Below are positions 22,891 to 34,400 of a stretch of DNA of 64,000 bases, in pieces (position 1 is the first letter of the stretch; each line of letters starts with the position of its first letter). The stretch lies in assembly GCA_950097015.1 (NCBI GenBank), contig CATNEN010000038.1, positions 35,092,001 through 35,156,000 on the forward strand. Reading direction: 5' to 3'. A model generated the notes under the pieces. The model did no database searches and was not told the origin of the DNA. It was given only the letters and a program-made list of their open reading frames with translations. Position numbers and translations under genes: made by a program. The stretch is from Macrostomum hystrix. Its lineage: Eukaryota; Animalia; Platyhelminthes.

Positions 22891-24942
22891 CTATGGCACG
22901 AAACGATCAGGGGCAACCCGGTTTCGGCCGCTTCTCCGTGGATGCACATCCTCTTCTCGGTCAGAGGCCTGATTCTCGGTCTGATTCTGGGTCTCGATAG
23001 CAGCAGGCTCACCTTCCCTAGTAACTTTATCACCTTGTTCAAAATGCGATACAACAGGGACTCGAAGTCGTCTTCCGAATAGAATTTCGGCAGGGCAGCT
23101 GCCTCGAGAAGAGGCAGAGTTTCGATGGTGCAGGAGCACTTTCTGCAAGAAGTGGCCAAATTCCATGTGCGTTATTCTTTCAGACCAGGCACGAAGCGCC
23201 GACTTGACTGTTTGAACAGCTCTTTCGGCTGCCCCATTCGCCTGGGGATAATATGGCGGTGACTCCATTTTACCTGCGCCGTTGGCGCGCAACCAGGAGG
23301 TGAGTGGGTCTGCCGTAAACTCGGGTGCGTTGTCCGAGACTACTGTTTCCGGAACGCCAAATCGTGTGAACACGGTTCTGAGGCAATGTATGATGGAATC
23401 GGTTGACCGGTCGCGGCATGGGAAAGCCTCTATCCAACTTGAGAAAGAGTCCACGATGACTAAAATGTTGCCAGCGTCTTTTACGTAGGCCCAATCCATA
23501 TGAATGCGCTGGAATGGGTAGGTTGACGGTGGCCAACTATCCCTGTCGTGGCCAATATGTGGGCGTAGCTGATTGCAGCCGGGGCAACGCTGTACGAATT
23601 GGGTGACGTCATGTTGCATGCCTGGCCACCAACAAGACATGGCCAGCAAATTGTACGTAGCCTGCGCGCCTGAATGTGTGCTGTGAACGGTGTTAAAAGC
23701 GGTTTTTCTCAGTCGTGGGGGTATGAATACCCTCCTCTGCATATACAGCAGTCCGTTTTCTAGCGTTAGCTTGTCGGCAACCTTCTTGAACTGTGCTTCA
23801 GCCTGACTGCAATTCTGCCAATTACCACGTCGATAGCGGTTGAGAATTCTCTGGGTGAATGTGTCCAGGTCCATTTCAGCTAATAGTCGTCTAGCATCGA
23901 TCACAGGCGCTTCAAAAGCCACTGTGTTGATGGCCTCAAACGTCTCCGCATCATCAGTGCTGTGGCCATCAAATCGCAATCTAGAGAGAGCATCGACATG
24001 CGGAATGCTGCTTCCTCGAGCGTATTGTATCTGGAAGTCGAACGGCATGAGATACATGGCCCAGCGGCCGATGCGTGCGGAGGCGTCGACTGGGATGCCG
24101 GAACCAAATAGGCGGAGCAGCGGTTGGTGATCAGTGCGGATAGTGAAGGGCCGACCGTGAAAATAATGTTTCAGGCGTGCGATGGCCCATACAATGGCCA
24201 GAGCTTCGCGCTCAATGTTTGAGTAGTTGGCTTCAGCTGAGGTTAGGCTGCGTGACACATATATGACTGGGTGGCCTTCATGCGTTGCAACAGCGGCAAG
24301 CGCTCCTTTAGATGCATCGGTGGTGAGTGTAAGCTCCTTTGTTAAGCTGTAAGGTTGGACGACCGGTGCTGATGCGATCTCGGCTTTCAAGTTCTCGAAC
24401 GCTCTAGAGCATTCATCAGTCCACACAAAGGGCACTCCTGACTTTCGCAGCTTGTTAAGGGGAGCTGTTTTGCCAGCGAAATTTGGAATGAGACGTCCAA
24501 AAAAGTTGACTAGCCCAAGGAAGTGGGCGAGTTCCGATTTATTTGCTGGTGCGCACACATGACGAATCTTATCGATCAGCCTGTCATCTGGTTGAATTCC
24601 TGCGGCGGAGATTCGGAACCCCAAGAATGAAACAGAGTCGCAGTAGTTGACGCACTTGGCCTCATTGATGGTCACACGCTTCTCTTTGAGCCGCGTCCTC
24701 ACTGCGGCGAGACGCTTCTCCAGCACCGATTTGTCTGATGCGTGAACGAGAATGTCGTCCTGATAGATTATCACACCTTTGATGTCTCCCAGAATTGATT
24801 CCATTGTTCGTTGAAATACGAATGATGCATTTTTCATACCCATCTGGAGTCGATTCACGCGATACAATCCACGGGATGTGTTAATCACGGACAATTCTCT
24901 CGCCGCCTCATCAAGCTCAATCTGCCAATATGCGGAGCGCAA
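22891..24942 (-). CDS. Gypsy pol fragment (RT-RNase H-integrase)
   Basis: YQDD, TTDAS, NYSNIEREALA, HSTH..CPGC, IHMDW/VSDN/GAAERAV; 1-nt frameshift near 24964 separates it from the RT N-terminus. Confidence 0.9.
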   Translation of the reverse strand: MRSAYWQIELDEAARELSVINTSRGLYRVNRLQMGMKNASFVFQRTMESILGDIKGVIIYQDDILVHASDKSVLEKRLAAVRTRLKEKRVTINEAKCVNYCDSVSFLGFRISAAGIQPDDRLIDKIRHVCAPANKSELAHFLGLVNFFGRLIPNFAGKTAPLNKLRKSGVPFVWTDECSRAFENLKAEIASAPVVQPYSLTKELTLTTDASKGALAAVATHEGHPVIYVSRSLTSAEANYSNIEREALAIVWAIARLKHYFHGRPFTIRTDHQPLLRLFGSGIPVDASARIGRWAMYLMPFDFQIQYARGSSIPHVDALSRLRFDGHSTDDAETFEAINTVAFEAPVIDARRLLAEMDLDTFTQRILNRYRRGNWQNCSQAEAQFKKVADKLTLENGLLYMQRRVFIPPRLRKTAFNTVHSTHSGAQATYNLLAMSCWWPGMQHDVTQFVQRCPGCNQLRPHIGHDRDSWPPSTYPFQRIHMDWAYVKDAGNILVIVDSFSSWIEAFPCRDRSTDSIIHCLRTVFTRFGVPETVVSDNAPEFTADPLTSWLRANGAGKMESPPYYPQANGAAERAVQTVKSALRAWSERITHMEFGHFLQKVLLHHRNSASSRGSCPAEILFGRRLRVPVVSHFEQGDKVTREGEPAAIETQNQTENQASDREEDVHPRRSGRNRVAPDRFVP

Positions 24943-25576
24943 GTCGATGGTGGCAAATGTTTATTGCGTTCTTGAGTTTTGAGAACATTGTCTCAATGTG
25001 CGGTATCGGATAGGCGTCAGGTTTAATCTTTGCGTTGACGTGTACGCTATAGTCTGCGCACATGCGCAGCGACCCGTCCTTCTTTTTCACCCATACAATT
25101 GGCGACGCGTTGCTTACAGGGCCTTCGATCGGCTCGATGACGCCTAGTCGGTGAAGGCGGTCTAGTTCCGCGTTGATCTGACTTTCAAGGGCTATCGGAA
25201 CAGGGCGAGCGCGGTGTTGTAAATGACTAGTAGCGAGTCAGCCAAGTTAGTATCCGAAACTTTCACGCCAAGTTGGCTCACAGTATTTGGACTATATATA
25301 TTCTGCGCCAATCGATATCAGAGGTGTACATGTACGAACTATGTACGTGCATTAATCAACTGCACAACATTCACCTTCCCTTTCAAAGGATAGAGCAACG
25401 AAAATAATTATGCAAATATTGAGCAGGGAAATAAAAGTGCATTACCAAGCATCGAAGGAGTAAAATGATCTTTTTATGCAAAGAGAATTCAAAGGTATGC
25501 AAAGGTACTTCAAGGAGAATTAAATCGAAACAGCTGATCGCTAATAACAGCTGAATAACCGTCACTAATAAACGAG

Positions 25577-26602
25577 TCAGTGAGTCACGATTTCACCGTA
25601 CCATTGCGGCGGCGCTCGCGGCCTTGAGCTCACTCGGATCGCTGTCTGGGCTGGCTGCTGCTGTCTCGCTGGGTCTGCCGCCGTCGCCGCCTCCGCGGCT
25701 GTCCCGGCTGCGCTGGGAGCCGGCGCTGGCCAGTGCGGCAGCGCTCCGGCTGGCCGCGGTACCCGGACGCAGTTGTCGACGTGCCAGCGGGAGCCATCGC
25801 TGAGGATGACGGTGGTCGCGCTCGCAATCCGGGAGATCTGCCGTGGCTCGGACAGGCGGCTGCTCAGCTTGCCGCGGGCGAACGGCCGCTTCACGCGCAC
25901 CCAGTCGCCGACTACGAACGTGGGCGGCGGCCTCCGGGTCGTGTTGAGCTGATCGAAAACGCGCTGCTGCCTCCGCTTGATGCTGGCCGCCAGTCTGTGC
26001 CGCGCTGTTGTCCTTGGCTGCATAGCTGTCAACGGGGTGCTGATCTTCCGGCCTGTCATGAGCTCCGCCGGTGACACTCCAGTCAGTGCATGTGGGGTGG
26101 CCCTGTACGACCACAGCAGCGTCTTCACCGCGTCCTTGAAGTCGTAGCCCTCCTCTAGGTGCGTCTTTAGGCCGTCCTTGAGAAAACGGTTGAAGCGCTC
26201 TACGGCCGCGTTGCCCTGGGGGTGGTAGTGCGGTGACTGCCGGTGCCGGATGCCGCAGCGCTGAAGAAAATCCTCGAAATCGCCGGACACGAACTGCGGA
26301 CCTCCGTCTGTTTTAATGCTCTTCGGCAGGCCCCAGCGGCTAAACCACGTTGTCAGGGCGTCGATGACATCCGCGCTTGTGACAGTCGACATGCAGGCAG
26401 CCTCCGGCCACTTTGAATGCAAATCGTACAGCACCAGGATGAAGCGACAGGAGTTCGGTGCAGCGTGCAGCTCCCCGAAGATGTCGAGCTGGAGTTCCTC
26501 CCATGGACGCGTCGGCCACTTCGTAGGGGTCAGGACCGTCTTGGGTGGCTTAAAGTTCTTCTCGCTAAGCAGGCAGGCCTCGCAATGTCGCACAAATTCC
26601 AT
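25577..26602 (-). CDS. Integrase of the inner element (N-terminal HH missing)
   Basis: CEAC, LQLDIFG, KTDGGPQF, GNAAVERFNR DDE core; C-terminal RVSSRPRAPPQWY. Confidence 0.9.
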   Translation of the reverse strand: MEFVRHCEACLLSEKNFKPPKTVLTPTKWPTRPWEELQLDIFGELHAAPNSCRFILVLYDLHSKWPEAACMSTVTSADVIDALTTWFSRWGLPKSIKTDGGPQFVSGDFEDFLQRCGIRHRQSPHYHPQGNAAVERFNRFLKDGLKTHLEEGYDFKDAVKTLLWSYRATPHALTGVSPAELMTGRKISTPLTAMQPRTTARHRLAASIKRRQQRVFDQLNTTRRPPPTFVVGDWVRVKRPFARGKLSSRLSEPRQISRIASATTVILSDGSRWHVDNCVRVPRPAGALPHWPAPAPSAAGTAAEAATAADPARQQQPAQTAIRVSSRPRAPPQWYGEIVTH

Positions 26603-28394
26603 GGGCAGCGTGCACCACTATGTCGTCGATGTAGTGCAGCGTCCCGGAACAGCCATGGAGAATCTTGCTGAGAACTTTCTGGAAGGCCGCCGGGGCGCTG
26701 TTTAGGCCATAGCATACGCGCTTGTACCGGTACAGCCCTTTCTCCGTAATGAAGGCCGTTAAGTCCCGCCTATCTTCTGCTAGCTCCAACTGCAGATACG
26801 AAGAATTTAAATCCAGCTTAGTGAACACGGTCGAGCCCTTGAACTCCGTTGTCAGCTCCTCGAATGTCGGCAGCGGCTGCTTATCCGGAACTATGGCCTT
26901 GTTTGGGCACCTGAGGTCATTGCAGACCCTGATTTTGCCATCAGGCTTCGGGACGATCACCAGGTTCGAAATCCACTCTGAAGCCTGGATCTCCTCGATG
27001 ATGTCATCCTCCAGCAGCTGGTCAATCTCCGCCTGGACTTTGTCTTTGATGCTAAGTGGGATGCGGCGAAGCGATTGCGCCACCGGGGGCACGGCGGGGT
27101 TCAGCCTGGGCCGGTGCTCGAATCCTCGGATCCGCCCGAGTCCCTGCGTCAGTGGCTTGAAGCGCTCGGCCAGCCAGACCGGTAGCTCTGCCGTTTTTTC
27201 GACTGTGCGCACGAGGTCGCCGTCCTTGTCCACCACCTGGAAGCTGAGGTGCTGCATCAGATCCGTTCCCATGATGTCGGAGCCTTGCCGTACCACGGTA
27301 AAGCAGAAAAATGGCACCAGCTGGCCGCGATAGCTGACGGACAGCACCGCCTCGCCGACGACATCGATTGCCTTGCCGTTGTACGCGATGAGTTTCTTGG
27401 TCGACGGCTGGAGTGGCGACCGGTTTCCGAGCTTCCTGAAGGTCCTCTCTGACAGGATGGACACCTTGGCTCCCGAGTCTACAAGCAGATTCAGCCAGAT
27501 GCCATGCACCTTCAGCCGGCAGCGGATGTCGGGACTGGCGGCGCCGCGCACCATGTACACGGCTTGGCCGCTCTCGTCCATGACCTCGGCGACCTTGGCG
27601 CCCTGCGACCTGCACATCCGGCCGAAATGGTTCGCCTTCCCGCAGACATGACAACTCTTGCCTTCAGCTGGACACCGGGCTCGTCTGTTGTGCCCGCCTC
27701 CGCACTTGGAGCATGACTCTCGATCTGGTCGCCCTTGTCCTGTGTTCTTCCTGTCTGGTTGTAGTCGGACTCTCTTCACCTCTTCTTCCAGCTGTGCTCC
27801 GGCCGCGGCTGCGCCTTCCGTCTCTATCGCGCTGGCCTCAGCGATGCTGGTCTCCCATTGCTGGCTCAGCGTCACTGCCTTCTGCAGCGTCAGGCCGTCC
27901 TCGATCAGCAAGCGCTCTCGAATTCGCCTGTCGCTGACCTTCTCCACGATCTGGTCGCGGATCATTTCTTCCATCATGTCGCGGAACTCACATGAGCCAG
28001 CCAGAGCATACAGAGCCGCCACGAAGTCCGCAATCTTTTCACCCGGACGCTGACTGCGCTGCCGAAACTTGTGGCGCTCCGCCACCACGTTGACTTTGGC
28101 TCCGAACTGCTCGTCCAGAATCGCGACTGTCGCCGCGAGTTCTGTCGGACTCGGCCTCTTCGTTGCTGCCACAGCCGCAAAGACTCGCTGCCCTTCCGCG
28201 CCAAGGCAGTGCAGCAACAGCGCGCGCCTCCTCGCTTCCGGCAAAGTGTCGTAGCCGGCCGCAAGTAAGTAGTTCTCAAAGAGGGCCTTCCACTCTTTCC
28301 ACGGCCTCGCCGGTCGGCCCGGCTGCGGCAGGAATTGATCCGGCGGCGATACGCTGATCCGCGGCGCTTCTGCTGAGTTGCTGTCACTCGTCAT
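26565..28394 (-). CDS. Gag-protease-RT (truncated after YIDD)
   Basis: Two zinc knuckles CSKCGGGH..C / CHVCGKANH..C, protease LVDSGA, RT LDLNSSYLQL...YIDD. Confidence 0.9.
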   Translation of the reverse strand: MTSDSNSAEAPRISVSPPDQFLPQPGRPARPWKEWKALFENYLLAAGYDTLPEARRRALLLHCLGAEGQRVFAAVAATKRPSPTELAATVAILDEQFGAKVNVVAERHKFRQRSQRPGEKIADFVAALYALAGSCEFRDMMEEMIRDQIVEKVSDRRIRERLLIEDGLTLQKAVTLSQQWETSIAEASAIETEGAAAAGAQLEEEVKRVRLQPDRKNTGQGRPDRESCSKCGGGHNRRARCPAEGKSCHVCGKANHFGRMCRSQGAKVAEVMDESGQAVYMVRGAASPDIRCRLKVHGIWLNLLVDSGAKVSILSERTFRKLGNRSPLQPSTKKLIAYNGKAIDVVGEAVLSVSYRGQLVPFFCFTVVRQGSDIMGTDLMQHLSFQVVDKDGDLVRTVEKTAELPVWLAERFKPLTQGLGRIRGFEHRPRLNPAVPPVAQSLRRIPLSIKDKVQAEIDQLLEDDIIEEIQASEWISNLVIVPKPDGKIRVCNDLRCPNKAIVPDKQPLPTFEELTTEFKGSTVFTKLDLNSSYLQLELAEDRRDLTAFITEKGLYRYKRVCYGLNSAPAAFQKVLSKILHGCSGTLHYIDDIVVHAAHGICATLRGLPA

Positions 28395-28845
28395 GTTTCA
28401 GTTTGCACTTTTGCAGTTTGGCGCTGTTGTTTACGCTTGGCTTTGCAGGCTTGCAGTCACTTCACTTCAGTCTACTCCGACCCCGGCTTATTGGGGTGGG
28501 TGTTCGCTTGAGCTTGCGATGCCAATGTTGTAAATGACTAGTAGCGAGTCAGCCAAGTTAGTATCCGAAACTTTCACGCCAAGTTGGCTCACAGTATTTG
28601 GACTATATATATTCTGCGCCAATCGATATCAGAGGTGTACATGTACGAACTATGTACGTGCATTAATCAACTGCACAACACGCGGCAAAATTGATTTCGA
28701 GCGCCATCTATTAGCTCCATCCGTGCTTTTACGCCTCGAATGGCAGGCAGTTGTTCCAAGGTAGTGCTGCTTGACGGGGAGTTATCGGTATGAAACAGAC
28801 CATCAGAATCAAGAAGATCCCGTCCAAGCAAGCCGTAGGTTTGAT

Positions 28846-30198
28846 GATCATTACATGACATTCAATCCATGATCATTACATGACATTCAATCCATGATCA
28901 TTACATGACTTTCAATCCCTGATCATTACATGACATTCAATCCATGATCATTACATAACATTCAATCCATGATCATTACATGACATTCAATCCATGATCA
29001 TTACATGACATTCAATCCATGATCATTACATGACATTCAATCCATGATCATTACATGACATTCAATCCATGATCATTACATAACATTCAATCCCTGATCA
29101 TTACATGACATTCAATCCATGATCATTACATGACATTCAATCCCTGATCATTACATGACATTCAATCCCTGATCATTACATAACATTCAATCCCTGATCA
29201 TTACATGACATTCAATCCCTGATCATTAGATGACATTCAATCCCTGATCATTACATGACATTCAATCCATGATCATTACATGACATTCAATCCCTGATCA
29301 TTACATGACATTCAATCCCTGATCATTACATAACATTCAATCCCTGATCATTAAATGACCTTCAATCCCTGATCATTAAATGACCTTCAATCCCTAATCA
29401 TTAAATAACCTTCAATCCCTGATCGTTAAACGACCTTTAATCCCCGATCATTACATGACCTTCAATCCCTGATCATTACATGACATTCAATCCCTGATCA
29501 TTTCATGACATTCAATCCCTGATCTTTTAATGACATTCAATCCCTGATCATTTCATGACATTCAATCCCTGATCATTACATAACATTCAATCCCTGATCA
29601 TTACATGACATTCAATCCATGATCATTACATGACATTCAATCCCTGATCATTACATGACATTCAATCCCTGATCATTACATAACATTCAATCCCTGATCA
29701 TTACATAACATTCAATCCCTGATCATTAAATGACCTTCAATCCCTGATCATTAAATGACCTTCAATCCCTAATCATTAAATAACCTTCAATCCCTGATCG
29801 TTAAACGACCTTTAATCCCCGATCATTACATGACCTTCAATCCCTGATCATTACATGACATTCAATCCCTGATCATTTCATGACATTCAATCCCTGATCT
29901 TTTAATGACATTCAATCCCTGATCATTTCATGACATTCAATCCCTGATCATTACATGACATTCAATCCCTGATCATTACATGACATTCAATCCATGATCA
30001 TTTCATGACATTCAATCCATGATCATTACATGACATTCAATCCCTGATCATTTCATGACATTCAATCCCTGATCATTACATGACATTCAATCCCTGATCA
30101 TTACATGACATTCAATCCCTGATCATTACATAACATTCAATCCCTGATCATTACATGACATTCAATCCCTGATCATTTCATGACATTCAATCCCTGAT
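28846..30198. repeat. 25-bp satellite, main block
   Basis: Unit gatcattacatgacattcaatccWt. Confidence 0.95.
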
Positions 30199-30318
30199 CC
30201 CTAGATTTCTAGTTGTCAGTTCTAGTTCAACAAATTCTTTATCGTAATAATAAGACTTTTTACTTTTGGACACATGATTGCGTGTAGTTATCCCACGCTG
30301 CCACCATTGCCTTTCCAG

Positions 30319-31047
30319 CAGCAGCAGCAGGGATCTGAGACTGGTTATAACTGGCGCGACAGATTCTGGCGCGAATTAATCTTAGCAGCTCCTCGTCTCG
30401 AGTTGAGCTTTATTCTCTACGGCGAGCCGAGCACTCTATGGCTAAGCGATCTGGCCAGCCTGCCAGCCCCGCCGCCAGTTCGCGCCCTCTACGTCCAGAC
30501 CCAGAACGCGGAGCAGGAGCTGCCGCTGCTGCTGCGCTGCGTTGCAGCCGGCGCCGGCCTGGAATACCTGGCTGTCCACGCGGTTGGGCCGCTGGAGGAG
30601 CGCGGCTGGAGCGCCGAGCTCACCCGCCAGCTCTTGTCCCTCGCCCCCAGGCTGCGCGGCTTCGCCTACGAAGGCGGTAGGCTGAGGGAGCGCGAACTAC
30701 TGGCTATCGCTAGGCACTACGGCTCCCAGCTCCGGTGTCTTCACGTGCGCCTAGAAGAGCTGCTCGAATCTGAGCAGCTACCAGTGTCCCAGCAGCAGCG
30801 GCAGCAGCAGCAGCAGCCAATAGAGCTACCAACTACTCGCCCTATGCAGAGGCGAAACTACGAGGCTGACTACGGCCTAGTTAGGGACGTACTGTACGGT
30901 TATCTGCACGTGGAATGGTCCGCTCTGGCGCCATCCGCTCACCTGCCGCCAATGAGACGCCTGGTACTTGACGATTTCTTCAATCCGTTGAGACCGGCTG
31001 CGTGTCAGCTCTACCAACTGGCTAGCAGAGATCACCTGCTGGACTGA
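30319..31047 (+). CDS. F-box protein terminal exon
   Basis: ctttccag acceptor, phase 0; WRELILAAPRLELSFIL, LEYLAVH, LAPRLRGF, YGSQLRCLHV LRR-like repeats; TGA at 31047. Confidence 0.75.
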   Translation, partial: QQQQGSETGYNWRDRFWRELILAAPRLELSFILYGEPSTLWLSDLASLPAPPPVRALYVQTQNAEQELPLLLRCVAAGAGLEYLAVHAVGPLEERGWSAELTRQLLSLAPRLRGFAYEGGRLRERELLAIARHYGSQLRCLHVRLEELLESEQLPVSQQQRQQQQQPIELPTTRPMQRRNYEADYGLVRDVLYGYLHVEWSALAPSAHLPPMRRLVLDDFFNPLRPAACQLYQLASRDHLLD

Positions 31048-31469
31048 CAGCTCTTCTGCCAGCCCTCGTCTTTCCTATAGTAAAATAAGAGAACGATTTA
31101 GGACTCATGTTACACTAGTGAGCAGTCACGCACTAGCTCTGAGTACTGCCATACACTTTGATGTGTTCTCAAAATTGTATCTTACTTGTATATTGTATTG
31201 TATAGTACCAGTCTGCATTGATCAGATCAATTCTAGATAGAATTCGCGAGTGGGATATTCATTGCAGTCATTCCTTTAACAATAAAGGAGCATGCGACAT
31301 CTGCCGCACGCATATGTTATGCACAGCTACGTGTGTTTTTCTAGCGTGTAATTCTAAATTATTCCAATTCTATCATCACTCTCTATCAATCAGGAGTTTA
31401 TTTTTTGTTACTAACTTGCATTTTCAATCTGATTGGAAATCTACTCAATTATTGGGGTTGAGTAGCTTT

Positions 31470-34400
31470 TAAGCTCCATCCCAGATCCTCAGAATGACTC
31501 GTTTGAGTGCCATCCCAGATCCTCAGAATGACTCGTTTGATTACCATCCCAGATCCTCAGAATGACTCGTTTGAGTGCCATCCCAGATCCTCAGAATGAC
31601 TCGTTTGAGCACCATCCCAGATCCTCAGAATGACTCGTTTGATTACCATCCCAGATCCTCAGAATGACTCGTTTGAGCACCATCCCAGATCCTCAGAATG
31701 ACTCGTTTAAGCACCATCCCAGATCCACAGAATGACTCGTTTGATTACCATCCCAGATCCTCAGAATGACTCGTTTGAGCACCATCCCAGATCCTCAGAA
31801 TGACTCGTTTGAGCACCATCCCAGATCCTCAGAATGACTCGTTTGAGCACCATCCCAGATCCTCAGAATGACTCGTTTGATTACCATCCCAGATCCACAG
31901 AATGACTCGTTTGAGCACCATCCCAGATCCTCAGAATGACTCGTTTAAGCACCATCCCAGATCCACAGAATGACTCGTTTGATTACCATCCCAGATCCTC
32001 AGAATGACTCGTTTGAGCACCATCCCAGATCCTCAGAATGACTCGTTTGAGCACCATCCCAGATCCTCAGAATGACTCGTTTGATTACCATCCCAGATCC
32101 TCAGAATGACTCGTTTGAGCACCATCCCAGATCCTCAGAATGACTCGTTTAAGCACCATCCCAGATCCACAGAATGACTCGTTTGATTACCATCCCAGAT
32201 CCTCAGAATGACTCGTTTGAGCACCATCCCAGATCCTCAGAATGACTCGTTTGAGCACCATCCCAGATCCTCAGAATGACTCGTTTAAGCACCATCCCAG
32301 ATCCTCAGAATGACTCGTTTAAGCACCATCCCAGATCCTCAGAATGACTCGTTTGAGCACCATCCCAGATCCTCAGAATGACTCGTTTGAGCACCATCCC
32401 AGATCCTCAGAATGACTCGTTTGAGCACCATCCCAGATCCTCAGAATGACTCGTTTAAGCACCATCCCAGATCCTCAGAATGACTCGTTTAAGCACCATC
32501 CCAGATCCTCAGAATGACTCGTTTGAGCACCATCCCAGATCCTCAGAATGACTCGTTTGAGCACCATCCCAGATCCTCAGAATGACTCGTTTGAGCACCA
32601 TCCCAGATCCTCAGAATGACTCGTTTGAGCACCATCCCAGATCCTCAGAATGACTCGTTTGAGCACCATCCCAGATCCTCAGAATGACTCGTTTGAGCAC
32701 CATCCCAGATCCTCAGAATGACTCGTTTGAGCACCATCCCAGATCCTCAGAATGACTCGTTTGAGCACCATCCCAGATCCTCAGAATGACTCGTTTGAGC
32801 ACCATCCCAGATCCTCAGAATGACTCGTTTGAGCACCATCCCAGATCCTCAGAATGACTCGTTTAAGCACCATCCCAGATCCTCAGAATGACTCGTTTAA
32901 GCACCATCCCAGATCCTCAGAATGACTCGTTTGAGCACCATCCCAGATCCTCAGAATGACTCGTTTGAGCACCATCCCAGATCCTCAGAATGACTCGTTT
33001 GAGCACCATCCCAGATCCTCAGAATGACTCGTTTAAGCACCATCCCAGATCCTCAGAATGACTCGTTTAAGCACCATCCCAGATCCTCAGAATGACTCGT
33101 TTGAGCACCATCCCAGATCCTCAGAATGACTCGTTTGAGCACCATCCCAGATCCTCAGAATGACTCGTTTGAGCACCATCCCAGATCCTCAGAATGACTC
33201 GTTTAAGCACCATCCCAGATCCTCAGAATGACTCGTTTGAGCACCATCCCAGATCCTCAGAATGACTCGTTTAAGCACCATCCCAGATCCTCAGAGTGAC
33301 TCGTTTGAGCACCATCCCAGATCCTCAGAGTGACTCGTTTGAGCACCATCCCAGATCCTCAGAATGACTCGTTTAAGCACCATCCCAGATCCACAGAATG
33401 ACTCGTTTGATTACCATCCCAGATCCTCAGAATGACTCGTTTGAGCACCATCCCAGATCCTCAGAATGACTCGTTTAAGCACCATCCCAGATCCTCAGAA
33501 TGACTCGTTTAAGCACCATCCCAGATCCTCAGAATGACTCGTTTGAGTGCCATCCCAGATCCTCAGAATGAATCGTTTGATTACCATCCCAGATCCTCAG
33601 AATGACTCGTTTGAGTGCCATCCCAGATCCTCAGAATGACTCGTTTGAGCACCATCCCAGATCCTCAGAATGACTCGTTTGATTACCATCCCAGATCCTC
33701 AGAATGACTCGTTTGAGCACCATCCCAGATCCTCAGAATGACTCGTTTAAGCACCATCCCAGATCCACAGAATGACTCGTTTGATTACCATCCCAGATCC
33801 TCAGAATGACTCGTTTGAGCACCATCCCAGATCCTCAGAATGACTCGTTTGAGCACCATCCCAGATCCTCAGAATGACTCGTTTGAGCACCATCCCAGAT
33901 CCTCAGAATGACTCGTTTGATTACCATCCCAGATCCTCAGAATGACTCGTTTGAGCACCATCCCAGATCCTCAGAATGACTCGTTTAAGCACCATCCCAG
34001 ATCCACAGAATGACTCGTTTGATTACCATCCCAGATCCTCAGAATGACTCGTTTGAGCACCATCCCAGATCCTCAGAATGACTCGTTTGAGCACCATCCC
34101 AGATCCTCAGAATGACTCGTTTGATTACCATCCCAGATCCTCAGAATGACTCGTTTGAGCACCATCCCAGATCCTCAGAATGACTCGTTTAAGCACCATC
34201 CCAGATCCACAGAATGACTCGTTTGATTACCATCCCAGATCCTCAGAATGACTCGTTTGAGCACCATCCCAGATCCTCAGAATGACTCGTTTAAGCACCA
34301 TCCCAGATCCTCAGAATGACTCGTTTAAGCACCATCCCAGATCCTCAGAATGACTCGTTTGAGCACCATCCCAGATCCTCAGAATGACTCGTTTGAGCAC

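Larger units (their letters stand above)
25215..28680 (-). mobile_element. Inner Ty3/Gypsy element with two identical 155-bp LTRs, internally deleted
   Basis: LTRs 25215-25369 and 28526-28680; 5-bp TSD CGCGG; PBS-like TGGCATCGCAAG; PPT GAAAGGGAAGGTGAA. Confidence 0.95.
22484..28845 (-). mobile_element. Outer Ty3/Gypsy LTR retrotransposon, 5'-truncated and interrupted by the inner element
   Basis: 3' LTR 22484-22779 (TGT..ACA), PPT GGAGGAGGGCA, pol spanning 22891-25214 and 28681-28845; gag and 5' LTR absent. Confidence 0.9.

Noticed and set aside
25593-28387. Many overlapping ORFs in the inner Gypsy element
   Set aside because: GC-rich shadows of gag-pol
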